Below are positions 26,946 to 36,335 of a stretch of 64,000 bases of DNA, piece after piece. The notes beneath the pieces were generated by a model. That model was given only the letters and a program-made list of their open reading frames with translations, was not told the origin of the DNA and searched no databases. Origin of the DNA: a virus; IMG/VR virus record IMGVR_UViG_3300009009_000003, positions 26,377 through 90,376 of that record. One strand, written 5' to 3'. A program made the translations under genes and the position numbers. Positions within the stretch are counted from its first letter, which is position 1; each line of letters starts with the position of its first letter.

Positions 26946-28742
26946 TTACCTTTGTGCATAAATGGACATTCTAGGACTTGTTTTTTCACTACTCATTATC
27001 ATGTTTTTGTTCAGCCAACTAGGTATTCTTTGTGAGAATGTATATGGTGAACACAAAACACCTGTTGTTACTTGTTTAAGTTTCTCATCACTAATAACAG
27101 AGGAAAATAAGATAGTTGCAGCTTTTTTTGGAGTATCAATATACAAAGGTTTAATTAATGTTTTGTTTTTTTCAATAAATTCTGTAAGTAAGTTTCCTGT
27201 TTTAATAAAATTATTTTTATCTAGCTGAGAAAAATCTACGGAAGCTCCACCAAGTATTTTTTCCACAAATAGTTTTTTTATCTCATTCGTAATTTCAGGA
27301 TTCGTTTCTATTAGTTCCGGTTCCATTGGCTGCGGTTCGTTTTCAAAATAGTAAATAAACAGTGATTTTGTAGTTGTTCCGTTTGAATAGATGGATAGAA
27401 GAAATTTGTCTAAAGTTCTGTAAGAGTTTAGTTTTACTTTATTTTCTGGTTTATACTTATCTGATAAGGCTTTTTCAAAGTTTTCTGCTGAGATGATGAA
27501 GTCTTCTAAGGTAAATTTATTGTTATAGTATCGTTTAAATTCAGGTAAGCTGTTGAATAATGTTCCTTTTTGCAATCTTTTTAGGTATGTGAGAGTAGTT
27601 TGATAAGATTTGGTTTCCGTTCCTGGTAGTTTAAATCCTTTGCTGATCCATACGTTTATGAAATTTTTTAAAGAGTCAGAAATAGGCTTAGAATCAATTT
27701 TCTCATCGTTATTGGTGTCAAGTGTAGTGTCTGTGATAGTTTTTTGAAATTTGGCCGGTTTCCGTTCGTTTTTAAGGGGTTCAGGATTAATGTCAAGGTC
27801 ACTTTTTACGTTTTGGTTTAAATTATCGCCCACGGGCACGTTTAAAATAGTCTGTTTAGTTTCGTCAAGGTTTGGTTTAGGCAACGTTTTGTCTTTTTTT
27901 AAATTATCTTTTTCTAAGTCATAAATCGTTTCATCAAGGTTTGGTTTAGGCAACGTTTTATTGTTTTCTAAATTCTTGTCATTCTCCAATTTTTGTTCTG
28001 GCAATGTGTTATTTTCTTCTTTTTTGAGTTTTAAAAAATTTTTACAGTATTTACTTCGTAAATACATTTGGTGTAAAATACTAATATTATTATTAATACT
28101 TATAATTAAATATATATCTTTAGATATATATTTAGTAAACGATTTTTGTAAGTCGTTGATTTTGCTTAGTATTTCTTCAGACTCAATTTTTTCGTCACTA
28201 AAAATGTTGGTCATTTGGCCAACTTTTTGGAAAATCAAGTTAAAGTCGTCGTAAGTATCTGAATTCCCTTCCTCTGGAAAGTTTCCAAAAAGAGACTTTT
28301 TGCCTGACCGGTACGTTTTTGGACTAGTGGACACTTCTGTCAACCGGTACGTTTTTGTACCACCAACCGGTACGTTTTTGTACCACCAACCGGTACGTTT
28401 TTGGACTAGTTGACCGGTACGTTTTTGGACTAGTTGACCGGTACGTTTTTGGACCCCCTCTTGCTCTAACTTTTTGTTCAGTTCTTCTAAATTAACTCTA
28501 TAGGATGTTGTTTTACCGTTTTCCAAATGGCGTTCAATTATATTAGAATCAATTAGATTATTAATAAGATTAATAACTGAGCTTTTATTTTTAATAAAAC
28601 ATATTTCTTTTATTTGGTTTAAACTTAGGTGTAGGTAGTTTTCCCCACTAGGCAGGAGTGTTTGTATAAGGAGAGCTTCTCTCAATCCTACACCATTAGC
28701 TAGTTCTACATCGAAAGAAGTTATGAGGGGATTTTTTTTCAT
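26946..28742 (-). CDS. Replication initiator-like protein (lambda O-like layout)
   Basis: N-terminal winged-HTH-like region, internal iterons, AT-rich tract, directly upstream of the helicase. Confidence 0.65.
   Translation of the reverse strand: MKKNPLITSFDVELANGVGLREALLIQTLLPSGENYLHLSLNQIKEICFIKNKSSVINLINNLIDSNIIERHLENGKTTSYRVNLEELNKKLEQEGVQKRTGQLVQKRTGQLVQKRTGWWYKNVPVGGTKTYRLTEVSTSPKTYRSGKKSLFGNFPEEGNSDTYDDFNLIFQKVGQMTNIFSDEKIESEEILSKINDLQKSFTKYISKDIYLIISINNNISILHQMYLRSKYCKNFLKLKKEENNTLPEQKLENDKNLENNKTLPKPNLDETIYDLEKDNLKKDKTLPKPNLDETKQTILNVPVGDNLNQNVKSDLDINPEPLKNERKPAKFQKTITDTTLDTNNDEKIDSKPISDSLKNFINVWISKGFKLPGTETKSYQTTLTYLKRLQKGTLFNSLPEFKRYYNNKFTLEDFIISAENFEKALSDKYKPENKVKLNSYRTLDKFLLSIYSNGTTTKSLFIYYFENEPQPMEPELIETNPEITNEIKKLFVEKILGGASVDFSQLDKNNFIKTGNLLTEFIEKNKTLIKPLYIDTPKKAATILFSSVISDEKLKQVTTGVLCSPYTFSQRIPSWLNKNMIMSSEKTSPRMSIYAQR
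28307..28451. repeat. Six iterons ACCGGTACGTTTTTG (candidate replication origin)
   Basis: Copies start at 28307, 28343, 28366, 28389, 28413, 28437; AT-rich DNA at about 28020-28140. Confidence 0.8.
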
Positions 28743-28768
28743 AGGGTACTTTTTTTTGATTAAGTAAT

Positions 28769-28796
28769 ACTATAACACGCCTATAAAATTTTTCAA
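28769..28796 (-). promoter_or_regulatory. Sigma70-type promoter for the initiator gene
   Basis: TTGAAA-N16-TATAGT with a TG extended -10. Confidence 0.55.
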
Positions 28797-29708
28797 CTAA
28801 TAAATTTTAGAAAAAACGTCTTTTCTGATGTTTTTTACGTCTTCATCGGATAATTCGGCAGGGTCTTTTTTGTCTATTGTATAAATGTAAACATCTTTAA
28901 CAAAAGAACAAAGGGAATTTGCTAGTTTATTGGATGCTTCTTCAGCATCAGAATCAAGTAATATAAATATCCTATTGATATTACTTAATTTTAAGATTTG
29001 TTCGGATGTGAACTTTTTTCCTAGTATAGCAACGCACCCTTTACCTATTCTCCATACGTCGGTTGTTCCCTCTACAACAATAGCTGTGTTTGTTATAGTG
29101 TCTATATTGTATAGACAGTCTTTTATGTTTAGAACAGATTTTTCATTTGGACAGTTTTTATATTTTGTTACCCCAATAAAATTTCCAGGTGTTCTACCAA
29201 TGTAAGATACTAGATTGTGATGATAATAAATGGGAATATAAATTCTGTTTTTGAATCCCATTGATGATGGAGGAAAGGATGCAATTTTATAATCCATTTT
29301 TAATTTATTAACGTCAAATCCACGTGATTCCAGATAATCTGAATGGATATTTGTAAGGGGGATTGTTTTTGGAATTTCAAATTCTTGTCTATTTTCCAAT
29401 TCTTCTTTAAAGGATTGAAGTTCCCCAGAGGAATAGGATGAGATAATTTTCTTGGCTTTTTCATATGAGCATCGTTCAATATTTTTTATGTACTTAAGGA
29501 AGCTGCCCCTTGTGTTGCATCTCCAGCATGAGATGTTTCCGCTATAAAGATTAATTCCCAAGTGACTTGATGGGTCTCCATCAGGACAAAAAGGACAGTT
29601 AACGCCGATCCAATTATTGGATGATATGTTTTTTCCTTCGGTAAGAAAGAGAATTCTTTTGTCATTTAAGTATTTTTTTACGTCTATTTTTTCTATCAGC
29701 ACATTCAA
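28797..29708 (-). CDS. DNA primase (Zn finger + TOPRIM)
   Basis: CPFC...H...CWRC, KYKN, VVEGTTD, LDSD, KDP. Confidence 0.85.
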   Translation of the reverse strand: MNVLIEKIDVKKYLNDKRILFLTEGKNISSNNWIGVNCPFCPDGDPSSHLGINLYSGNISCWRCNTRGSFLKYIKNIERCSYEKAKKIISSYSSGELQSFKEELENRQEFEIPKTIPLTNIHSDYLESRGFDVNKLKMDYKIASFPPSSMGFKNRIYIPIYYHHNLVSYIGRTPGNFIGVTKYKNCPNEKSVLNIKDCLYNIDTITNTAIVVEGTTDVWRIGKGCVAILGKKFTSEQILKLSNINRIFILLDSDAEEASNKLANSLCSFVKDVYIYTIDKKDPAELSDEDVKNIRKDVFSKIY

Positions 29709-30150
29709 ATTCCTTTTGTCTAAGTACTTCTCTTATGTTTCCCAAAGTTACTTTTTTGTTTGTCTCTTTTTGAATAGACCAGTTTTTAACCTTGCTTTCT
29801 CTTATATCTGCTGCTCTGGCCATTTGTGGCAGTGACCACCCACAAATTTTTAAACCTTCTATGCATTTTGTTACTGATACTTTGGGGTTATTGGTAAACG
29901 CTTTCAAAAATTTTCTCTTGTCCGGAGTAAGTTTAGGGTACTTTTTATATTTGCCCAAAGGTCTTACTTTGATTTTTACATCTTTCAACCATCCTGTTAA
30001 AAGATATGTAGAAACACCCAACAACTCTGCTATTTCCGGAATACTCATTTCTTTGTATAGTTTTTTTAAGCAGGAAGCCAGTGATCTATATCCTAATTCA
30101 TCGGCTTTGCGTGTGGCTCGTAGGAAGTTGCTGCTGTTAATTAATTTCAT
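29662..30150 (-). CDS. Double helix-turn-helix protein
   Basis: SIPEIAELLGVSTYLLTGW and SLPQMARAADIRESKVKNW. Confidence 0.65.
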   Translation of the reverse strand: MKLINSSNFLRATRKADELGYRSLASCLKKLYKEMSIPEIAELLGVSTYLLTGWLKDVKIKVRPLGKYKKYPKLTPDKRKFLKAFTNNPKVSVTKCIEGLKICGWSLPQMARAADIRESKVKNWSIQKETNKKVTLGNIREVLRQKEFECADRKNRRKKILK

Positions 30151-30389
30151 GATCTAAATCTTGTCTTTTTTTGAACATCTTTTCCGTCTACAACACACAA
30201 ATATATCTGCTCATTGCATTTATAAAAACCTGTGTTTTTTTGGGGATAAAAAACTCGATGCTTTTTTTTACAGACTACACAATCAATATATTTCTTTGGT
30301 TTTTCTATTTCTTTAGATTTTTCAAGTTCCTCTTTTGTGAGAAAGAAATAATTTGGTTTCATATCCAATTGTTTTCCATATAAATACAA
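30147..30389 (-). CDS. Small Cys/His protein
   Basis: CVVCKKKH...FYKC. Confidence 0.45.
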   Translation of the reverse strand: MYLYGKQLDMKPNYFFLTKEELEKSKEIEKPKKYIDCVVCKKKHRVFYPQKNTGFYKCNEQIYLCVVDGKDVQKKTRFRS

Positions 30390-31702
30390 AGTCTGCTTCC
30401 AAAGTGGTCTATCAAATAGGTGTGTGATGGATCAAAGAAATCGTATATTATGACCTCTTCTTTATCAGAAGTTCTTCGCAAACCTCTTCCTATTGCCTGA
30501 ATTGTGGGTATTTCCCCTTTCCCACCTCCTGCGTTTATTATTATGTTCAATGAAGGTATGTTTATTCCTTCTCTCCATACAGAAGTGACAATAACCACAT
30601 CCAGTGTTTTGTTGTTTAAAAGCCTTTTTGTGTGTTCTCTTGATTCGCTTTCAGTAGCACCATTTACAAAACTACTTAGCAATTGGTTTTGTAAACACAT
30701 TTGGTGCAATCGTTCTCCATGCTCAATTTTATTAACCAGAATAAGAACTGTTTTTTTCTCATTTCTTGCTTTCTTAACTACTTCAAGAATAGAGTCATTT
30801 CTTTTGTTATTAAGCAGTATTCCATATTCTATAACATCATTATAATTTCTGAGCTTCTTTACTTTTTCATTTATGGGAAGCTTTACTATCTTTATTTTGG
30901 GCTTTGCTAAAATTTCTAGCTTAGAGGCTTCATTTATTGTTTGCTGTGCAATTACAGGACCTAATAAACCCTCAATTGCTAGAATTTTTTCAGGATCAGT
31001 CGGTGGAGTTGCCGTAAACCCTAATCTAATCGGGGCGTGTATTTTATTTAATACATATTCATATGACGGTGATGAGGCATGATGAGCTTCATCCACAATA
31101 ATTGCATTATAGTTATTGTGTTCAACAACCATGTTTTTATATGTTTGTATTGTGGAGACAACTATGCCTTGTGTAGGTGTATTCTTTGTTGTGCCATCAA
31201 TATACATCACGTTTTTAAATTCTTTTGAGAACTCATCATAAAGCTGTTTTACTAGACTTATGGTGTGGGCAAGTATTAAAACGTTTGTTTCTTTCGGCAA
31301 GCAAGACAAAATTGCCATTTGGAGAACTGTTTTTCCTGATCCTGTCGGGGCAAGTATTAAACCCCTCTTCATGTTTGATTTTATAAAAGATTCTACTAAC
31401 AAACTCTGGTCTTCTCTAATCGTAAGATTTTTTAGATGAGGGCTTGAAAGAGTTATGTCCAAATCATATAAAATTTCTAGGTCTGTGCCAGGAAATTTAT
31501 TTACTATCCGAGACACCAATCCTGTGTAGAAGTAAAGTTTATTGCCATCCCTTTTATATACAGGCTTTCTCCACATCCTTCTTTCTTTTGTAAATCTTGT
31601 CTTTTGATAGAAGATTGCGTCGTGGGATAAAATGGGATGTATGTATCTCATTTCAGAGACATTAACAGAACTTCTAACTGGATTGTGAATGGTTATTTTC
31701 AT
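30359..31702 (-). CDS. Superfamily 2 (UvsW-like) DNA helicase
   Basis: APTGSGKT, DEAH, FTATP, EGINIP, QAIGRGLR. Confidence 0.9.
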   Translation of the reverse strand: MKITIHNPVRSSVNVSEMRYIHPILSHDAIFYQKTRFTKERRMWRKPVYKRDGNKLYFYTGLVSRIVNKFPGTDLEILYDLDITLSSPHLKNLTIREDQSLLVESFIKSNMKRGLILAPTGSGKTVLQMAILSCLPKETNVLILAHTISLVKQLYDEFSKEFKNVMYIDGTTKNTPTQGIVVSTIQTYKNMVVEHNNYNAIIVDEAHHASSPSYEYVLNKIHAPIRLGFTATPPTDPEKILAIEGLLGPVIAQQTINEASKLEILAKPKIKIVKLPINEKVKKLRNYNDVIEYGILLNNKRNDSILEVVKKARNEKKTVLILVNKIEHGERLHQMCLQNQLLSSFVNGATESESREHTKRLLNNKTLDVVIVTSVWREGINIPSLNIIINAGGGKGEIPTIQAIGRGLRRTSDKEEVIIYDFFDPSHTYLIDHFGSRLCIYMENNWI

Positions 31703-31723
31703 AAAAATTTCTAGGTCAAAAGG

Positions 31724-32089
31724 TTAAATTTTATTTATATCTACATTTGGTATTCTGTATGATTTTAAAACTTCCTTTAATTTGTCTTTTTCAAATTTAT
31801 TAAGAAATTTTTTAAAATATTTTACAACATATTTCTTTTTGTGACATTTACATTGATTGGAGAAGGCGCAGGCTCCCAACAATTTGGTAGAGTTCCACTT
31901 ATCACACCATGTAAATAGGGACGGATTGAAATCTGAGCATTTTTCCGTTTTAATTTCTTTAAAATCTTTTGCATTTATACGACAAGCAATGGTGATGTGC
32001 ACTTTGTTCTTTTTATGCTCGTCTGTAATTGTGCTTTTTAAACCATTTACACAATACGAACAGATTATCTCATCATGTTTTTTGTTCAT
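31724..32089 (-). CDS. Cys-rich hypothetical protein
   Basis: 121-aa ORF with multiple Cys. Confidence 0.45.
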   Translation of the reverse strand: MNKKHDEIICSYCVNGLKSTITDEHKKNKVHITIACRINAKDFKEIKTEKCSDFNPSLFTWCDKWNSTKLLGACAFSNQCKCHKKKYVVKYFKKFLNKFEKDKLKEVLKSYRIPNVDINKI

Positions 32090-32283
32090 TATTTTATCTC
32101 TCCGAGATTTTTTGGATTTGGTGGTATAATATCGTTCTTAATCCAATTTGTTATTATAAAAGAAACTAGATTACTGATGCTTCTTTTTTGTGAAGTTGCC
32201 ACATCTTTTATCTTTTTGTAGTCCTTCATTTCTATTGTTACTCCTATTTGGATGGTGTTTTTTTCTTCGTTCTTATTTTTCAT
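32089..32283 (-). CDS. Ribbon-helix-helix (CopG/Arc-like) regulator
   Basis: IQIGVTI...YKKIKDVA...KRSISNLVSFII; likely ATG at 32283. Confidence 0.65.
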   Translation of the reverse strand: MKNKNEEKNTIQIGVTIEMKDYKKIKDVATSQKRSISNLVSFIITNWIKNDIIPPNPKNLGEIK

Positions 32284-32364
32284 TTCGAAATCCCTTCTCC
32301 ATTTGTTCTCCGAGATACTTCTTTTAGAAAAAGAGAAGTTCACCGAGATATGTTATAGTGTAGT

Positions 32365-32392
32365 ATTATAACATAAAAAATATTAAAATCAA
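32365..32392 (-). promoter_or_regulatory. Sigma70-type promoter for the replication block
   Basis: TTGATT-N16-TATAAT with a TG extended -10. Confidence 0.65.
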
Positions 32393-32412
32393 GTGAAAAG
32401 TGAAAATGGCAC

Positions 32413-32445
32413 AAAAAAAGGGATGTGGTTTCCCACATCCCTTTT
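32413..32445 (-). terminator. Intrinsic terminator ending the early region
   Basis: AAAAGGGATGTGG-TTTC-CCACATCCCTTTT with an A run on + (U tract on -). Confidence 0.8.
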
Positions 32446-32538
32446 CTTTAACCATCCATCCTTTTCTAAACAACAATGGAGATTGTTACCAATATTAAAA
32501 ACACAAAGACCAATATAAATATTTTTTCTTGGATGGAA

Positions 32539-32919
32539 TCATTCATAAATCTTATCCAGTTCACTTGAGATGAGTTCATGAAGATAATCTTTTGTGGATT
32601 CATACTTTCGTGGAAACTTCCCCAGGATGGAAAGCTTGAACCCAAACATTAGATCAGATGTTACCTTTATGGTAAAATCAGAATAACCATCCCAAAATCC
32701 ATTTTCATTCATGTGATGATAGGATGAGTGGATAACTAATTTTTGCCCGTTCGATTCATAAAAATCGAAGATTGGATCGTCAATTGGAAATCTCTTTACC
32801 ATTTCCTCTATTTTTTCTGTATGTTTTTCCTCCCATTCTTTGTTGTCCATCTGAATACATCTTAAACGAGCATCAGTTAAAGTGGCCAGTTCTTGATAAA
32901 TCTTTTTTGGCATAAGCAC
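32539..32919 (-). CDS. Hypothetical early protein
   Basis: YHHMNENGFWDG motif; RBS present. Confidence 0.6.
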   Translation of the reverse strand: MLMPKKIYQELATLTDARLRCIQMDNKEWEEKHTEKIEEMVKRFPIDDPIFDFYESNGQKLVIHSSYHHMNENGFWDGYSDFTIKVTSDLMFGFKLSILGKFPRKYESTKDYLHELISSELDKIYE

Positions 32920-32922
32920 CTC

Positions 32923-33102
32923 TTATATTTGGGTTGTGGATATTTCTACAGGTTTTCCATCCTTTTCACACAAAACTACGGCTATTTCCCATGTTCGTTT
33001 TTTCACATTTGCCATTTTTGCTATCTTTTGCTGTGCTTCATAAGACGTATTTGCTTCCACCTCATATTTTTTTCTTTTGTAAAAGCCAATGTATCCGTTC
33101 AT
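32923..33102 (-). CDS. 59-aa early protein (not in the ORF track)
   Basis: MNGYIGFYKRKKYEVEANTSYEAQ..., preceded by AATGGAGGG RBS. Confidence 0.55.
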   Translation of the reverse strand: MNGYIGFYKRKKYEVEANTSYEAQQKIAKMANVKKRTWEIAVVLCEKDGKPVEISTTQI

Positions 33103-33103
33103 G

Positions 33104-33295
33104 TTATCCCTCCATTCCTTGTTCTCGTTTTTTAAATGGTGTATAGCTCTTCTTTTTTTGTACTGGATTATTTAAAATATCGATTATTTCAAATCTACAT
33201 CTGTTGGCTTCTTTGTTTTCATTATGAAAGAAGCAAACATCGTCTGGATTGTAATCTGATAGTTTCTTCCCACACTTTCTGCAATATCTGTCCAT
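33104..33295 (-). CDS. Small zinc-finger early protein
   Basis: CRKCGKKLSDYN..DVCFFH. Confidence 0.55.
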   Translation of the reverse strand: MDRYCRKCGKKLSDYNPDDVCFFHNENKEANRCRFEIIDILNNPVQKKKSYTPFKKREQGMEG

Positions 33296-33298
33296 TTT

Positions 33299-33520
33299 CT
33301 ACTCCTCACACATTTCGTCCATTATTCCTTTTTCACTTCCAGAGAGTTTTTTATAATTCTCATCCAAACGGAAAGAGAGTTTGGTTAATACATCTATTAA
33401 TTCGTAAGAGCATGTCTTAAATGGAATTTTTTCTTTTTGACAATCTTGAGTGAATTTTTTGGCAAGTTCCACTAAATTTAATGCTAATTCTTTTCTCATT
33501 TCTTTTAATTTTTCATCCAT
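33299..33520 (-). CDS. Hypothetical early protein
   Basis: AATGGAG RBS, compact ORF. Confidence 0.5.
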   Translation of the reverse strand: MDEKLKEMRKELALNLVELAKKFTQDCQKEKIPFKTCSYELIDVLTKLSFRLDENYKKLSGSEKGIMDEMCEE

Positions 33521-33532
33521 TGTTTTTCTCCA

Positions 33533-34063
33533 TTATATTTGGTATAATTGTTTAAATCTTTCCACCATTCCTTCATCAGATACAAATTGTATTATTTCCG
33601 ACCATTCTGCTAACCATAATTTATTGCATAACGAACATTTTATTATTGGTTCAATTTTGCCACAAAAGTGTTTTATCATACTGATTTGGTAATAGTCTGT
33701 TTTTCCTATAGTGGGAAAAGAGAATTTCACTTCATCAGTAGATGCTGGTAACTTCTCTCCATGATAACATTTCATGGTTATCATTATTCCATTATCTTTT
33801 GAAACAATGCTTGTCTGTCCTGGATTATTAGCCAATTCCTTACTGTGATAACCATTTAATGGTAATCCTCTATCATGTTGCAGATAATTACCTGGAAGAA
33901 TGGGGTCTTCATCAGTAAAAGGAATTCTCCAATTTGTGCCGAAATAATTTCCGGATATTAATTTAACGTCGTTTTTGTCTTGGTATCTTAAATAATACAT
34001 ATTTTCCAGTGTTCCGATTTTGATGGTTGCACCATCTGATTTTCTAATTGCATATTCACCCAT
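33533..34063 (-). CDS. Hypothetical early protein
   Basis: MGEYA...IKIGT.ENMYYLR N-terminus, C-terminal CSLC. Confidence 0.6.
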   Translation of the reverse strand: MGEYAIRKSDGATIKIGTLENMYYLRYQDKNDVKLISGNYFGTNWRIPFTDEDPILPGNYLQHDRGLPLNGYHSKELANNPGQTSIVSKDNGIMITMKCYHGEKLPASTDEVKFSFPTIGKTDYYQISMIKHFCGKIEPIIKCSLCNKLWLAEWSEIIQFVSDEGMVERFKQLYQI

Positions 34064-34089
34064 TGTTTTTTCCTTTCTGTTGTGGTTGT

Positions 34090-34296
34090 TTAGTATCCCA
34101 TACGATCCAGTTTCTCGTTTAACCTTTGTATAGCATTGGCTCTGTTTTTCTCACACATTTTTATAAATGGATTTGTTTTCTTCAGCCTCCGTATTGCTCT
34201 CGAATGTAATTCACCATTTTTATCAAAAACGTGTTTTCTATGGTACCTAAGTAATTTACTAATCTTTTCCGTGTTGTCCATGCATTTTGGATTCAT
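34090..34296 (-). CDS. Small basic early protein
   Basis: AATGGAG RBS. Confidence 0.45.
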   Translation of the reverse strand: MNPKCMDNTEKISKLLRYHRKHVFDKNGELHSRAIRRLKKTNPFIKMCEKNRANAIQRLNEKLDRMGY

Positions 34297-34440
34297 GTTA
34301 TTTCTCCATTGTTTTTTGTCGGGGATACTACTAAGAAAAGGGTATGTTTTTTATTACACCTCCATTCTGTTTAGTTTGTTTAACTACCTAATACCATCCA
34401 CACTATAAATAGTGTGGATGGGTTAGATAGTTAGAAATGG

Positions 34441-35331
34441 TTATGCTGCTTTTCGAAATACCCTTTCAACCACAACCATCTTTTCATTTTGAACATCTGG
34501 AGATGATATGTTGTGGGTAACAAATTGGGTAACAGCATTATGCATTTCGTAAAATGGAATTTTTCCGGTTTGAATATACTCATTTAATGTCATACCGCTT
34601 CCCACAATGGGAAGTGCCAAAAGCTTTGTTCGATGGTTTTCTCTTTTTACTTCCTCGTCTTCTTTTACCGATCCGAACGGAAGGTTTGTCCATATCTCCG
34701 TGAATTCCGGAATATCCAAAACCCTGGATTTGTTTTCTTTCCAAAAATCACAGAAGTCATGGACGTTTAGCAAATCGTCTTTGATGGACTCAATAATTTC
34801 CATCTCGTCCATTGCCATGCGGTGCCTTTGGGAAGTCTTTCTTCCTTTCCTGCCCACTACAACCGCACCATTCGAACATATTTGTCTTACTATATCCCAT
34901 GATATTGAAAAAACCAATTCTGTATCATAGGAATTTTTTAAGATTAATCTTGGATAATAGTTGTCCCCATTTATGTTAAAATCGGTTGTTTCTGGGAAAT
35001 CAAAAGAAGCAAATAATCTTGCTCCCTCCCCCGCAAATTTTATTTTGGTTTTTGATTCTCCCATATCAAGTGAAGGAAGGATTATATCCATCACCGCATC
35101 AATACATTCTTCATGGGTAAGAAGCTTGTATTGGTTTGAAACCATTGCATATGGGAGCTCCATCCCTTTGTACCTGCCCACAACCACATTTTTATCATCC
35201 CACAATTTGGTGTCTTTTGTGCCATAAAAAACACCTTCTTGCCAAACATCAGGAAATTCTGTTTCTGGGAAAGTGTTTCTTACTTTGTTGATGGCTTCAA
35301 TTTGTTTTTCGTATGTGGTGTTGTTAAACAT
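34441..35331 (-). CDS. DUF932/DUF945-like protein
   Basis: VSNQYKLLTHEE, LKNSYD, RQICSNG, RH, NAVTQFVTH motifs. Confidence 0.7.
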   Translation of the reverse strand: MFNNTTYEKQIEAINKVRNTFPETEFPDVWQEGVFYGTKDTKLWDDKNVVVGRYKGMELPYAMVSNQYKLLTHEECIDAVMDIILPSLDMGESKTKIKFAGEGARLFASFDFPETTDFNINGDNYYPRLILKNSYDTELVFSISWDIVRQICSNGAVVVGRKGRKTSQRHRMAMDEMEIIESIKDDLLNVHDFCDFWKENKSRVLDIPEFTEIWTNLPFGSVKEDEEVKRENHRTKLLALPIVGSGMTLNEYIQTGKIPFYEMHNAVTQFVTHNISSPDVQNEKMVVVERVFRKAA

Positions 35332-35385
35332 TTTATTTCTCCATTCTTAAATTTAATATTTAGTAAACCATAAAACACACCCATT

Positions 35386-35571
35386 TCAGTTTTCCTCCAT
35401 AGGCAATCCTCCATCATTAAAGTTTTTCCCACTGTACTCCACAAACACAAATCGTGGTTTTTTTTCTTTTGCCGAGATATACCGATAAACACCATTTCTA
35501 ACGTTTTCCATTGCAGTACGATTTGAAACTTTCAGGACGCACCCTGTTTTGTTGTGGATAATTTTTTTCAT
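35386..35571 (-). CDS. Small early protein
   Basis: TAATGGAGG RBS before MKKIIH. Confidence 0.45.
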   Translation of the reverse strand: MKKIIHNKTGCVLKVSNRTAMENVRNGVYRYISAKEKKPRFVFVEYSGKNFNDGGLPMEEN

Positions 35572-35641
35572 CTTTTCCTCCATTATGGGTTAACAGTTAA
35601 CGAAGCCCCATCCATTTTATGGATGAGGCTCTCGTTAAATG

Positions 35642-36049
35642 TTACACAAGGCCCATCTTTTTTGCTTCAACATAAAGATGGGGTTTGTTTTTAAACCTTC
35701 TTGGTATATGTTTGTCAATTTCTTTGGAATACACATAATGTTGTATTCCCATTGACATTAGCTTTTTGATGCAATCATCAAACCCCAGGTTTACCAGTTT
35801 TTTTGCAATTGAAAGGGATTCTCCAGAGTGATAACAATCATTATAGTATTCCACTCTTACTGCATATGGAATTCTTTCCGGCTGGAGTCTTGACACATCC
35901 AGATTCCTTTGTGAGTGAATGGTCAATACAGGATTATGTATACTATAATGTTTGTGTAGTACTTCTACATGTGGATGGTCAACTTTGTTATATGAAAAGT
36001 TTTTTTCTGCCCAATATACAAAATAATACTTTGGATGTTCTTTTTTCAT
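35642..36049 (-). CDS. Hypothetical early protein
   Basis: TAATGGAGG RBS before MKKEHP. Confidence 0.5.
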   Translation of the reverse strand: MKKEHPKYYFVYWAEKNFSYNKVDHPHVEVLHKHYSIHNPVLTIHSQRNLDVSRLQPERIPYAVRVEYYNDCYHSGESLSIAKKLVNLGFDDCIKKLMSMGIQHYVYSKEIDKHIPRRFKNKPHLYVEAKKMGLV

Positions 36050-36060
36050 TTTTACCTCCA

Positions 36061-36252
36061 TTACCATTTTGGCCATGCGTTTACTTCACTTGCATTAGTA
36101 GCCATTGTTCTTGTCATTTTTACATGGGATGTGTTTTCAATATCCCATCTGTTGATTATGGCCCAGATGTAGCCATTCGTCACAGTATATCCTATATGAA
36201 TGGCTTTTTTTTGATCAATCAGTTTTTTTGCCCTTTCTTTACTTATTACCAT
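36061..36252 (-). CDS. Small early protein
   Basis: GGGAGG RBS. Confidence 0.5.
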   Translation of the reverse strand: MVISKERAKKLIDQKKAIHIGYTVTNGYIWAIINRWDIENTSHVKMTRTMATNASEVNAWPKW

Positions 36253-36335
36253 TTTTTGCCTCCCTTTTAATAGGTGGATTGTTTAATGACGTTTCCATTA
36301 TTTTTTTCATTACTTCTTTTTCCAGTGAATTCATT

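Noticed and set aside
27859-27959. 32-bp duplication in the initiator gene (KTLPKPNLDET twice)
   Set aside because: An in-frame duplication in a low-complexity linker with no evidence of separate function
28307-28451. Possible CRISPR array
   Set aside because: The repeats are 15 bp with 8-21-bp spacers that themselves recur, inside a coding gene, with no cas genes; this fits iterons
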